DNA of 35,593 nucleotides, from positions 2,798,413 through 2,834,005 of the forward strand of contig NC_057760.1 in the NCBI RefSeq assembly GCF_004010195.1. The letters run 5' to 3'. This document shows, piece by piece, positions 21,520 through 33,706 of the stretch (positions are counted from its first letter, which is position 1; each line of letters opens with the position of its first letter). The stretch comes from Chiloscyllium plagiosum. Lineage: Eukaryota. Under the pieces are notes generated by a model, which was not told where the DNA came from, ran no database searches, and saw nothing but the letters and a program-made list of their open reading frames with translations. Position numbers and translations under genes: made by a program.

Positions 21520-22714
21520 ACAAGGAATGGAATCAGTGGAGAATGTACTGCTGTCTATTGACAGGGAATGTAGTGGATTAACTGGAGGAACATGCAGATT
21601 ATCCATTCTTGAAGTTCCTAGCAACAGCTGGTATGGAAGTAGAGGTGAGAGTTGTCAGTGTACAGGGAATCACATACTAATTTCTAGATTAGTTATGGAT
21701 TCTAATGTTCCACTTTGCACTTCCACTAATTAAATCCAACTGGGGTTTGATGCATTAATCTTGCAGCAACTAGGGCCCAACAACAATACAAAGGCTTGAA
21801 ACATAAGGACTTCCTGCAGAATCTTGAGATCAAAGTTGACAGAAAGGAAAAGTTCAAACATCTGACAAGCATCTTTTACAAAAATACACACAAAAAGCTT
21901 TTTAATTTCATTGGTACTAGCTTTTTTTCCTAAGTGTGACTAAAGACTTCACTGAATGGGACAGAGCTACCTGGACTGCGGCTTGTTCCAGGGCAGGGTT
22001 AGGAGGTGTGTATTAAGCCATTGGGTGGTTAAAGCTCTGCTGTTTTGTGGTGAGGTACTTAGACCATTTGCAATCCTGCAGAAGAGCCAGGCTTAGGTGA
22101 GACTTTGCTGCATTATGGACTAGTGAACTGTGATACACGTGCAAACAAATCACTGAAAATGTTGGAAATCAGAAATAAAAACAGAAAGTGACTCAACAGA
22201 TCTGGCAGCATTCGTTTTTCTGTCTTCACAGATGCTGCCACACATTGCTGAGTATCTTCAACACTGTTTTATCTGAGCTGTGACACAGCTGGTAACCCAC
22301 ACCACTCCAGCAGAAACTTCCTGTTAGTTCCACACGTGTATTAATTAGAACATTGTTTTTGGCACATCACATGTTGAAATAACAGTCCAATGGCTCAAAA
22401 ATTGTTAATGGTGTTTCTGAATTCTTTCAGCATCTTTGGGGAAACTATCATTTTAGGTGTTCATCTGCTGACCCTGCACCCATTAATATTGGCTTCACGA
22501 AAGAGAACCTCATCAACATGATTTCTGCAAGTTTGTTGTAAATCCCTCAATCTCTAGAAACCAGGTGTGATATAGAAATCTGGTTTGAATGGTAGCCCCT
22601 GCTGTTTCAAGGTGTTGCAGGGAATGTTATTTGGGGCTGCACATCAAGTCTTACATAATGGTACTTAATCTCAGTCCAAAAGTGACCTGTCTTGACACAC
22701 TGGTGACGCTAACA

Positions 22715-23097
22715 GGTGGCTCAGTGGTTAGCACTGCTGTCTCAGCACCAGAGACCTGGGTTCAATTCTCGCCTCAGACAACTGTCTGTGTGGAGTTTGC
22801 ACACTCTCCCGTGACTGCGTGGGTTTCCTTCTACAGTCCAAAGATGTGCAGGCTAGGTGAATTGGCGATGCTAAATTGCCCGTAATGTTAGGTGAAGGGG
22901 TAAATGTAGGGGAATGGGTCTGGATGAAGGGCTTTTGCCCAAAATGTCAATTTTCCTGCTCCTTGGATGCTGCCTGAACTGCTGTGCTTTTCCAGCACCA
23001 CTCTAATCTAGAATCTGGGTGGGTTGCTGTTTGGAGGGTTGGTGTGGATTCGTTGGGTCAAAGGGCCTGTTTTCACACTGTAAGTAATCTAATCTAA
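22715..23097 (+). mobile_element. HE1-type SINE interrupted at ~22922-23015 by a Penelope-like repeat fragment
   Basis: Has an A-box head, V-core and (AATCT)n tail. The inserted GATGAAGGGCTTTTGCCCAAAATGTC...CAGCACCACTCT matches the 21326-21519 family. Confidence 0.8.
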
Positions 23098-24939
23098 TAA
23101 AACAGGAGACCACCACCCCTTGCATCTGTTCTAACATTTAATTTATATCGGCTATTCTCAAACTGGAGTCCATAGTGGCTGTCTAGACAAGTAAGTGTTT
23201 ACTGAGGGAACAGACACTGCCTGTCACCTGTGTAGCACAGAATGGACTGGCTATATCACCTAGGATGGCAGCAGGAAAAGATAAGCATGGCAGTAAGTAA
23301 TTAGTGCATTATTATAAATCTGCCTGCAGCACTGTCACTTTCTGTGTATTATAGTGGGTTTTGGGAGTGGGCAGGATATGGAAGAGGAACGGTTCATGGT
23401 TGCTAAGCCAATGGAAGTCAAACTTCATGAGCTGTGACTGTTAATCAAGGTAACAGGAAAGATCAGTGCTGTAGGCAGTGTGCAGCGGTGAGAGCAGTCC
23501 CTCACTCATTACTGTCTGTGAATCAGTCTCAGTTCGGTCTGACAGAGTGGAACTGCCTCACACAGCCACTGCTTCTGCTGATGAGAATCTCTTGCTCAAA
23601 CCAGAGGGTTTTTTTAAAAATGAAAATTCACAGTTTGCATTTCAACTGATTTGTTTCAGAAACTTGGTAAAGCTGAAGGCAATAACAGGATGTTTGTGCA
23701 GTGAGTCTTAGTCACACTAATCTCCCTCCCACCCCACAAACATTTAACTCTAGTTCATTTGACTTATTTTGTCCTAGGATTAGGAATAAAGTACTTGGGG
23801 AGAATTGGATAGCTAAAAGCATCAAAATATTAATGACTGAGCATCATTCAAACTCAAAGCTAAACATTTAATCTGTTACAAATGAGATCTTGAAATAGAT
23901 ATAAGCACCCTGAATGGTCAAGGACTGTAAACAGGAGGGTGTAACAAACAGGAAGATTTTAAATGAGGCGTAGTGGTCCCAAGTCAGATTGTAAACACAA
24001 GGTAAATGCAGACATTGAGACTAGATGGATGCATTGGGGAATGATTCCTTCCCCAGCCAGCTTGCACAGGAAAATAAGGATAATAAGGGTGTGAGGGGCA
24101 AGAATTTTCAGTCACTAAGCCATTGCACAGGATATTTCCTCCAGAAAAAATTTCTCAAAACAATCTGTAAATATAGGGGAACTTTGGTATCAAACTCATC
24201 CATGAGTGTGTGGTGATCTTATGAATGTTTTTAAAATAAGGAAATCAGCTGTTTTTTGGTTTGTTTTCAAATCAAGTAGCTTTTCAGATAGAATTCACCA
24301 TCCCTAGTGCAGCCAGGGGCATTGAGTGTTTATTTGGTGTTACGCTGATAAGTTGAAATGCATGCAAGGCTACAAGTCATGTCTGGGAAATGGGATTAGA
24401 AGATAGATTCTTGATGGCCAGCATAGATATGTTGGGATAAAGGGTCTTTTTCTATGCTTTAAAGGCTCTGACTGTAGAAATGGGAAGATGAGGATGGCAG
24501 GTGTCATACTAAAGACTGGTCTTGGGCTGACAGTGGTTACATTTCTGATAGCTCAGGGGAACACTAGATTGCCAGTTCTGCTCCTTTACATAAACAAAAA
24601 GTCTAAATTTTCCCGAAATCTTCCCACTCCCTCTGTTTTGGCTGGCAGTGTAGTTCACCTGATGTGATCTCAAATTGCTGCCCTGATCTCAGAACTACAG
24701 AGGTAACAGGGACAAGGCTACAGCTGAGCTCTCATTGCACGGAGATTAATAAGGGCAAGATCTGCTCCTCATCCCCATTCGACAGAAACTGCTGGAAGAT
24801 GAGGAAACAATTGGTGGTCACTTCCTCACTGATCTAACACAAAGGGAAAATAGGACACATCTGGAAAGGAGTGAAATAAGATGTGGATTTGGTGGTGGGG
24901 TGAAGGAAGGTGGTGAGCAAGGTGAGTCTATCAGTAAGC

Positions 24940-26500
24940 AGTGCAAGCTCTACCTGGAAGGTTAACGTGGCTAGGTTGGCAGGGGGAATTATCCACCTTG
25001 AGTGGATTAGGGGCTATGACCTTAGTGATTGATTGGGTCTGACTGAAATTCAGAGTGCAATATACCAACTTAACAGTGCACCAGCAGATAAGGCCAAATT
25101 TTTAAAAAATCAAAACTGAAGGTTCTTTATCTGAATGTGTCTGGCATTCACAAGACAGAAATTGTTAGCTCATGTAGAAATAAACTATCCTCTAATACAG
25201 AGATAAAGGGTTGCAAAGTGATTAAAGCTGACATTTGAATAGTTGATGTCATTTGGATGAGCTGGAAATTAGAAAAAGGTGGCAGGATAGCTCTTAATTA
25301 AGGATGGCATTAATACAAAAAAAAGGACCATAGACAGGTTATGAGATTAAGGCAAGATAGTTGAGTTGAAGATCATCCAATCAGCCATGATCTCTCATAA
25401 ATGATGGATTGGATTCGATGGGTTGAATGGTGCTCCTGTGTCTTACTGTGTAATCATCAAGAAGCATTTTGGAAAGGCAAATCAGGGCAGGACTTACCAT
25501 TGTGTGTATAAGGTCCTGGGGACTATTGCTGAACAAACAGACCTTGAAATACAAGTTCATAGTTCTTTGAAAGTGGAGTTACAGATATAAGAAGGTGTTT
25601 GGTATTCTTGCCTTTATTGGTCAGTGCATTAGGTATAGGAGTTGGGAGGTCATGTTGCGGCTGTACAGCACATTGGTTAGACCACTTCTGGAATACTGTA
25701 TGGTATTCTGGTCTCCCTGCTGTAGGAAGGATCTGAGGAAACCTGAAAGGATGCAGAAAAGATTTACAAGGATGTTGCCAGGGTTTGAGCTCGAAGGAGA
25801 AGCCAAATAGGAAAGGGGGGGGGGGGGGGGGGCGCGTCAGAGGCTGAGGGATGACCTTAAAGAAGTTTATAAAATCATGAGGGGCATGTATACTGTGAAT
25901 ATCCAAGATTATTTCCCCAGGATAGTGGAGTCCAAAACCAGAGCACACAGGTTTAAGGTGAGAAGGGACCTAAGGGGCAACTTTTTCATGCAAATAGTGG
26001 TGCATGAATGAGCTGCCAGAGGTGGTGGTGGAGGCTGGTACAATTACAATATTTAAAAGGTATCTGGATGGGTACATGAATAGGAAGGGTTTAAAGGGAT
26101 ATGGGCCAAATGCTGGCAAATGGGACTAGATTAATGTAGGATATCTAGTCAGCATGGATAATTTGGACCAAATGGTCTGTTTCCATTCTGTTCATTTCTA
26201 TAACTCTTATGAGGAATCAGTTTAGGTAGAAGGTTAAATAGCAAAGTTAAGATATTACTTGTGGATGTAGATTATACTTTCCCTAACTGTACAACTCAAG
26301 GACAGAGTGTACAGGGAAAAATAACAGGCTTGTAAGAAAGCATTATTGCAAATTCCGGGTAATTTTAATCTTTACATCGATTGAATAAATCAAATTACGG
26401 CAGATAGCCTGGGAGATGGGTTCATGTAGTGTTTAAGGAAAGTTTCTTAGAGCAGCACATTGTGGAGCCAACTATCAAGGAAGTTACTCTTGGCATTGAC
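24940..26500 (+). mobile_element. Old CR1 LINE 5' ORF2 remnant with a nested CR1 3' fragment (~25470-26205)
   Basis: The nested piece encodes YRSWEVMLRLYSTLVRPLLEYC..FWSP..RMQKRFTRMLPG and ends in a CR1 tail. The flanks resemble CR1 endonuclease sequence. Confidence 0.75.
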
Positions 26501-27501
26501 ATAATTAATTAATCCTGCTTATTTGTACATTACAAAGTAAAGGGCTGTGTCAGTCAAAGTAGCAATTATCTGTTCACATTATAGAGAATATAAATAACAT
26601 TTCACTTCTTGATTTACATGTACTTGTGCAAAGAAGAGAGGAACTTAATTCTCTCAGTCTCCTTTTCCTGGTGATTGTAATTGTTTTATTAGTGATGAGG
26701 TCCTGCAAAGGGTGTTCAGGGAGTTAAGTAGTAAATTGAAAAGGAGGACGTCCAGGATTGTAATCTCTGGATTTCTCACTCTGCCATGTGCCACTGAAGT
26801 GTGGACAAGGAAGATAGTACAGTTAAATATCTGGCTAAAGAGCTGGTGGAGGAGGGAGGGCTTCAGGTATGTGGATCATTAGGATGTCTTCCAGGGCAGG
26901 TGGGATCTATACAGGAAGTACAGGCTGTACCTAAACTAGAGGGGCATCAATATCCTGGCTAGTGCCAGTCAGGAGGGTTTAAACTTGTGGGGACTCAGAG
27001 CAGGACGTTGGCAAGTGAAATGACTGAAGGAAACTCAGTGACTGAGGGCAGTAAGGCCAAGAGGAAGAACAGACAGAGAGGGGATACTGAATATGGCAGG
27101 ACTGATGGTCTGAGGTGCATTTGCTTAAACGATAGGAGTATGACACGTAAGGCAGTCAAACTTAACTATATTCTTGTTAAATGTATTCATCTAAGCTCTA
27201 ATACAGAGACTTCGTTTAGAGAGGGACATGATTGGTAGCTAAATGTTCTGAGGTGTAGATGTTTTAGATGAGATAGGGATGTAAAGGAGGTGTTACTGAT
27301 TAGGGAGAATATCACAGCTGTATGGGGGGAGCAGGGAGGATGCACCTTGGAGGGTTTATCTAACGGAGCCATATAGGTAGAGGTCAGGAATAGGAAAGGT
27401 GCAATTACTTTGCCTCCAACAACAGATATGTGGATGGTTTATGGAAAAATGTGACAACAGCTGGGTTATTGTGGTGAGCAATTTTTTAACTTCCCCATAT
27501 A

Positions 27502-27739
27502 CACTTCTGATATAACATGATCTGTTTCTGTGCGATCCTGTGTTATAAACAAAATCGCGTAATAGCAGCCCCATTTAAACCAATAGGACTTGAGTCGTGT
27601 TATAGCCAACAACAGGAGAGTCGCGACATGGCCAACAACAGGTAAAGGTGGTTGCTTTCTACAAATAATGGTCGAAATTTTTCAATCAAATTATAATCAA
27701 TTCACGTTGAAGAAATGTGCGTTAAAGCAGAACCGACTG
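27502..27739. mobile_element. Tc1/mariner-pogo (Tigger-like) MITE inserted at a TA in CR1
   Basis: Flanked by TA on both sides (27500-01 and 27740-41). The 3' end is GTTAAAGCAGAACCGACTG and the degenerate 5' end is CACTTCTGATATAAC. The host CR1 motif DFNFP.IDW is split at this point. Confidence 0.6.
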
Positions 27740-27785
27740 TATTGTCTGGGACTCCGAGTGCCAGGGGCTTGGATGAGGGAGAATC

Positions 27786-29282
27786 GTTGAAATGTGGAAT
27801 GTTTTCAAGGAACAGATACACGTGTCCTTGATATGTATGTACCTGTCAGGCAGGAAAGAGATGGTCGTGTGAGGGAACCTTAGTTGACGAGGGAGGTTGA
27901 ATGTCTTGTAAGAAGGAAGAAGGAGGCTTACATAAGGTTGAGGAAACAAGGTTCAGACAGAGCATTGGAGGGATACAGGATAGCCAGGAGGGAGCTGAAG
28001 AAAGGGATTAGGAGAGCTAAGAGAGGGCATGAAAACTCTTTGGCAGGTAGGATCAAGGATAACCCCAAGGCACTTTATGCATATGTGAGAAACATGATCG
28101 GACCTCCCTCGTTCTTGTCATTCTCAAGGACAGTAGTGGGAGAGTGTATTGAGTCGGAAGAGATAGGAGAGGTCTTGAATGAGTACTTGAACGAGAGGGA
28201 CCGTATTGTTGAAGAGGAGAGTATGAAATGGACTGGTAAGCTAGAGGAGATACATATCTATCCTCAAGTTTTTCAAAATGCCCAACACATCTTCCTTTCT
28301 AACAAGTCCCCCGGGCCTGACGGGATATATCCTAGGATTATGTGGGAAGTAAGAGAGGAAATTGCAGAACCGTTGGCAATGATCTTTTCGTCTTCACTGT
28401 CAATGGGGGTGGTACCAGGGGACTGGAGAGTGGCGAATGTTGTGCCCCTGTTCAAAAAAGGGAATAGGGATAACCCCGGGAATTACAGGTGAGTTAGTCT
28501 TACTTCGGTGGTAGGCAAAGTAATGGAAAGGGTACTGAGGAATAGGATTTATGAGTATCTGGAAAGACACTGCTTGATTAGGGACAGCCAGCACAGATTT
28601 GTGAAGGGTAGGTCTTGCCTTACAAGTCATATTGAATTCTTTGAGGAGGTGACCAAACATGTGGATGAGGGTAGAGCAGTGGATGTAGTATACATGGACT
28701 TTAGTAAGGCATTTGATAAGGTTCCCCATGGTAGGCTTATGCGGAAAGTCAAGATGTACAGGACTTTGGTTAGGTCACATTTGGAGTACTGTGTGCAGTT
28801 CTGGTCGCCTCACTTTAGGAAAGATGTGGGAGCTTTGGAGAGGTTGCAGAGAAGATTTACCAGGATGTTGCCTGGAATGGAGAATAGGTCGTACGAGGAT
28901 AGGTTGAGAGTGCTAGGCCTTTTCTCATTGGAATGGTGAAGGATGAGGGGTGACTTGATAGAGGTTTATAAGATGATCAGAGGAATAGGTAGAGTAGACA
29001 GTCAGAAACTTTTTCCCCGGGCACAACCGAGTGTTACAAGGGGACATAAATTTACGGTGAAGGGTGGAAGGTATAGGGGAGATGTCAGGGGTAGATTCTT
29101 TACCCAGAGAGTGGTGGGGGCATGGAATGCGCTGCCTGTGGGAGTGGCAGAGTCAGAATCATTGGTGACCTTTAAGCAGCAATCAGATAGGTACATGGAT
29201 AGGTGCTTAAGCTAGGACAAATGTTCGGCACAACATCGTGGGCCGAAGGGCCTGTTCTGTGCTGTATTGTTCTATGTTCTAT
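27786..29282 (+). mobile_element. Younger 5'-truncated CR1 LINE with internal deletion of the RT core
   Basis: ORFs encode KSPGPDGIYPR, DWRVANVVPLFKKG, VDVVYMDFSKAFDKVPH and LEYCVQFWSP, and the element ends in a (TTCTATG)n tail. Confidence 0.9.
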
Positions 29283-29713
29283 AATTTGTGAGGTATGTCC
29301 AAGAGAGTTTCTTGAAGCAATATGTAAATCTTCCAAGTAGGGAAATGGCCATACTAGACCTGGTATTGGGGAATTAGCCAGGCCAGGTTATTGAAGTTTC
29401 AGTAGGGGAACATTTGGGAACAGTGACCATAATTCTGTAAGTTTTACCTTACTTGAGGACAACAGTAATCCTCCAGTGAAAGTTCTAAATTGGGAGATGG
29501 CTAACTACCACAATATCAGGTAGGAATTGGGGAATGCAGATTCGGGGTGGTTGTTTGAGGGTAAATCCACATCTGGTATATGGGAATCTATTAAAAGGTC
29601 AGATGATTAGAGTTCAGGACTATATGATTCCATGAAAACGAAGGATAAGGATAGCAAGATTTGGGAACCTTGGAAAGACACAAGAAATTGAGAGCTTAGT
29701 CAAAAGGAAAAAG

Positions 29714-29915
29714 AAGTAGGCAAGCAGGAGGCTGGAGAGCATGGCAAGCCAGGCAGCATCAGGAGGTGCAGAAGTTGATGTTTTGGGTTTAACCCCTAAA
29801 GAAGAAGGGTTATACACAAAACATCAACTTCTCCATCTCCTGATGCCGCCTGGCTTGCTGTATTCTTCCAGCATCCTGCTTGTCTACTTTGGATTCCAGC
29901 ATCTGCAGTTTGTTT
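29714..29915. mobile_element. Palindromic Penelope-like-derived element inserted in CR1
   Basis: AAGTAGGCAAGCAGG... and ...CCTGCTTGTCTACTT form ~85-bp inverted arms. A decayed GAAGAAGGGTTATACACAAAACATC hammerhead-like motif is present. Confidence 0.7.
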
Positions 29916-30094
29916 GTATCCAAAACAGAAAAATGGGGTATACGTAAGATTTAGGAAACTGAAGACATACAGGCCCTTGAAAAATACAAAGATAGCAGGA
30001 TAGAACTCAAACAAGGAATTGAGAGGCTAAAAGGGACCATGAGATTTCCCTGGTGAACAGGATTAAAGAAAATCCCAAGGCCTTTTATACAAAT

Positions 30095-30290
30095 GGAAGT
30101 CTAAAGATGTGCACATTAGGTGGAAGGGCCATGTTAAATTGTCAACAGTGTGCAGCGACGTGCAGGCTAGGTGATTCATCCATAGGAAATAGAGGGTGAC
30201 AGAGATAGGGCAGTAGCATGAGTTTGTGTCATCAGAGGATCGGTTTGGACTTGATGGGTTAAATGGCCTGCTTCCACACTGTAGGGATTC
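30095..30290 (+). mobile_element. 3' fragment of an HE1-type SINE inserted in CR1
   Basis: AAAGATGTGCAC.TTAGGTGGA...GGCCTGCTTCCACACTGTAGGGATTC matches the 3' half of the SINE at 2421-3010. Confidence 0.75.
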
Positions 30291-31950
30291 TCAGGAGCAA
30301 GAGGTTAGCTGGGGAAAAGGTAGGTCCACTCAAGGACAAAAGAGGGAATTTATGTGTGGAGCTGGAGGAAGTGGGTGGGGTCCTAATTAAATACTTTGCA
30401 TCAGTGTTCACCAAGGGGAAGGATCTGGTGGATGGTGAGTCCTTGGGGCAGGTATGTCGACATAAAAAAGGTGGTGGTGTTGGGTGTTTTGAAAAGTATC
30501 TGGACCAGGACCTGATGGGATCTGTCCCAGAATGCTGAGGGGGAAATTGCTATGGCCTTGAACAAAATCTTTGTATGCTGTTTAGTCACAGGCAAGGTCC
30601 CATGGAATAGCAAATGTTGTTCCTCTGTTTAACAAGGACATCAGGGATAATCTGGGAATGTACAAGCCAGTGAACTTTATGTCAGTGGTAGGGAAGTTAT
30701 ATGAGAAGATTCTTAGGAACAGGATTTACTCACGTTTGGAAAAATATGGGCTTATTAGCAAGACTTCATGCGGGGAAGGTCACGTCTCACAAACTTGATT
30801 GTGCTTTTTGATGAGGGCGAGGCAGTGGCTGTTGTCTACAAGGTCCCTCATGGCAGGCCTGCACAGAAGGTGAAGTCCTATCAGGTCCATGGTGAGCTGG
30901 TAAGATGGATACAGAACTGACTTGGCATAGAACACACTGTAGTGGCAGAAGGGTGTTTTTCTGACTGGAATCTGTGACCAGTGGTGTTCCACAGGGATCA
31001 GTACTGGAACCCCTGTGGTTTACAATACATATAAATGATTTGGATGAAAGTCTGACTAATAGGTGTGTAGACGATACAAAGATTGGAGGAAGCTTAGGTT
31101 AGTGAGGAGGATTGCCAGACGATACAACAGGACATAGACAGGTTAGAGACTTCGGTGAAGAAATAGCAGATGGAGTTTAATCCAGACAAATGTGAGGTGA
31201 TGCATTTTAGAAGGTCTCATGCAGGAGAGAGGTACAGTATACAGCAAATAGCAGAACCTTTAGTAGCATCGACATACAGAGGGATATAGGTGTACAGGTC
31301 CACATTTCCCTGGAAATGACAACACAAGTGGATAAGTTGGTCAAGAAGGCATATGGTAAGCTTGCCTTCATCAATCAGGGCATAAATTATAAAAATTGGT
31401 AAGTCATGTTGCAGCTGTATAGAACTTTATATAGGCCACAGAAAAGGTTTACCAGGATGTCACTTGATTTGGAGAGAATTAGCTATGAAGAGAGGTTGGA
31501 CAAACTTTTTGTTTTCATTTGAACATCAGAGGTGAGCTGATAGTTTACAAAATTGTGATAGGTGTGGATAGTTGGAATTTTTTTCCCAGGGCAGAAATGT
31601 CAATATCTTGGAGACACAGGTTTAAGATAAAAGTTGGAAAGTTTAAAGCAGATGTGAGAGGCATTTTTTTCCAAGCACAGAGGGCGGTGAGTGCCTGGGA
31701 TGTGCTATCAGAGGAGGTGATAGAAGCAGATACGATAGCAATATTTAAGAGGCATTTGACAGAAACATGAATAGCAGGATATGGACTGCAGATTTTAAAG
31801 AAGTGTTTGTGATTTTCCCAAATTTCCCTGGATTCTGGGAAAGCCACATCAGATTGGAAACTGGAAAATATAGCTCGTGTCTTCCAGAAAGCTGTAAACT
31901 ACAGGCCCATTAGCTTATTCATTGTGGGGAAAATGCTACAATCTGTTGTT

Positions 31951-32200
31951 TAACTGGAAGCACACTAGCTTTCGGAGTGACACTCCTTCATCAGGTGGTA
32001 GTGGAGGGCTCAATCCTAACACAGAATTTATAGCAAAAATTTACAGTGTGATGTAACTGAAATTATACATTGAAAAATTGATTGTCTGTTAAGCCTTTCA
32101 TCTGTTCGAACAGATGAAAGCTAGTGTGCTTCCAATTAAACCTGTTGGACTATAACCTGGTGTTGTGTTGTACACCCCAGTCCAACACGGCATCTCCCAA
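31951..32200 (-). mobile_element. Penelope-like element terminal-repeat fragment with a partial inverted copy
   Basis: 31951-31973 is the near reverse complement of 32116-32138 (GAAAGCTAGTGTGCTTCCAATTA). The fragment contains a hammerhead core and interrupts CR1. Confidence 0.7.
31963..31997 (-). ncRNA. Minimal type I hammerhead ribozyme motif
   Basis: The - strand reads CAC-CUGAUGA-A-GGAGU-GUC-ACUCC-GAAA-GC-UA-GUG. This gives a complete core, a 5-bp stem II, a palindromic AGCU stem III and a 3-bp stem I. Confidence 0.7.
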
Positions 32201-33682
32201 TCAATGAAATCAGGCAGAATCAACATGGTTTTGTGAAATGAAAATTGTATTTGACTGAAGTCAAGGCAACTAGAGTCAACAAGCAATGTGGAAAAAGGGG
32301 ATCTTCACAGATGTGGTGTGCTTGGATTTCCAAAAGGCATCTGATTTGGTGCCACACTGAAGTTTACTCACAAAATGTGAGCTCATGGTAAAGTGGGTGA
32401 AAATGGCTCGAGGATTGGCTAACTAATGTTGAAGCAAAATAGGGCTAAATCACTCATTGCAACTTATTTTTTGCTAACTTAGAAAAGTGTCGTAGGGATC
32501 TATGCTGGAGCCTCTTTTTAACCATCTATGTCAATAGCTTGTATGAAAATGAGGGGACCAAGTGCACCATTGCTAACTTTGCTGATGACAAAGATAAAAG
32601 AATAAGTTGTGAGGAGGACAAAGGGATTTGAACAGGTTCGATGAATGGGCAAAAATGGAGCTCTCGTGCCAAACTCTGAACTTGTCCACTGTAGGAGAAC
32701 GAATAGAAAGGGGATGAGATTACAAAAATGTGTGGTACAGTGTCCTAGTACATGGATCACAAGTTAGTATGCAGGGACATTAAATGATTGGGAAGGCAAA
32801 TTGAAAGTCTTTGTTTATTGTAAGGGGAATGGAATATAAACGTAGGTATGTGGTGGAGGCTGGTACAATTACAACATTTAAAAGGCATCTTTTAAGGATG
32901 GGTATCTGAATAGGAGGGGTTTAGAGGGACATGGGCCAAATCTGGGAAATGGAACTAGATTTATTGAGGATATCTGGTTGGCATGGACGAGTTGGACTGA
33001 AGGGTGCGATTCTGTGCTGTACATCCCTATGACTTATGTTTTATTGCACTTGGTGACACCACATCTTAACTACTATGCACATATTTGGTCTCCTTACTTA
33101 ATAAAAATGATTAATTGTATTAGCAGTTTAGACAAGGCTCACTTGACTGGTTCCTCTGAGGGAAGGTGGCATTTTACAAGTTACAGAGGTGATCTTATTG
33201 AAACATATACAAGCCGGAGTGTATTTGACAGGAAGCACACTGAAAAGAATGTTTTGTCTTGGATAGTTGAGACAGGAGAAATCTTTTCTGAGGATTGCTT
33301 ATAGTAGAAGTCTCTTCCCAGGGGGTAGGGGAGTCTGGATCATTGAACATTTTTAAAGTCAGGTTGCCAATGTATTGTTGAATGACAAAGGGAATCAAAA
33401 AGTGGACAGGAGAGAGGAGTTGAGGCCACAATCAGATCACCGTCAAGCTACCTCATCAAACAGCATAATAGGTCCAAGAAATGAAATGGCACACTCCTGC
33501 TTTGAAATTCTAATGTGCAAGCTTGCCTTCCTCTGTTGAAAGAGATTACTGAGAAAGATGAGGAAGGACAAAGAGAGAGAGGGGAGATTGTGGGCCATAA
33601 TTGAGTACAGTGAAATTAGCAGAGATGCCCAGGTTAGGTGGCTGGTCTGCATCTTTGGTCTGAGGGGTGTAAGGAACACCTT

Positions 33683-33706
33683 TCTCTCTCTCTCTCTCTC
33701 TCTCTC
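33683..33706. repeat. (CT)n microsatellite
   Basis: Seen directly. Confidence 0.95.

Larger units (their letters stand above)
26690..31780 (+). mobile_element. Long decayed CR1 LINE (ORF1 esterase-like remnant, ORF2 endonuclease to RT) interrupted by several insertions
   Basis: CR1-like segments run co-linearly at 26690-27500, 27742-27785, 29283-29713, 29920-30095 and 30290-31780. They include GVPQGSVL- and VDD(T)K-like motifs. Confidence 0.8.
31785..33500 (+). mobile_element. Older decayed CR1 LINE RT/3' region, with a nested CR1 3' end (~32848-33035)
   Basis: Contains degenerate NYRPISL, DVVCLDFQKA and FADDK motifs. Confidence 0.75.

Noticed and set aside
22150..22272. Degenerate inverted repeat possibly of the fold-back family
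   Set aside because: It is too decayed, with no ribozyme core visible.
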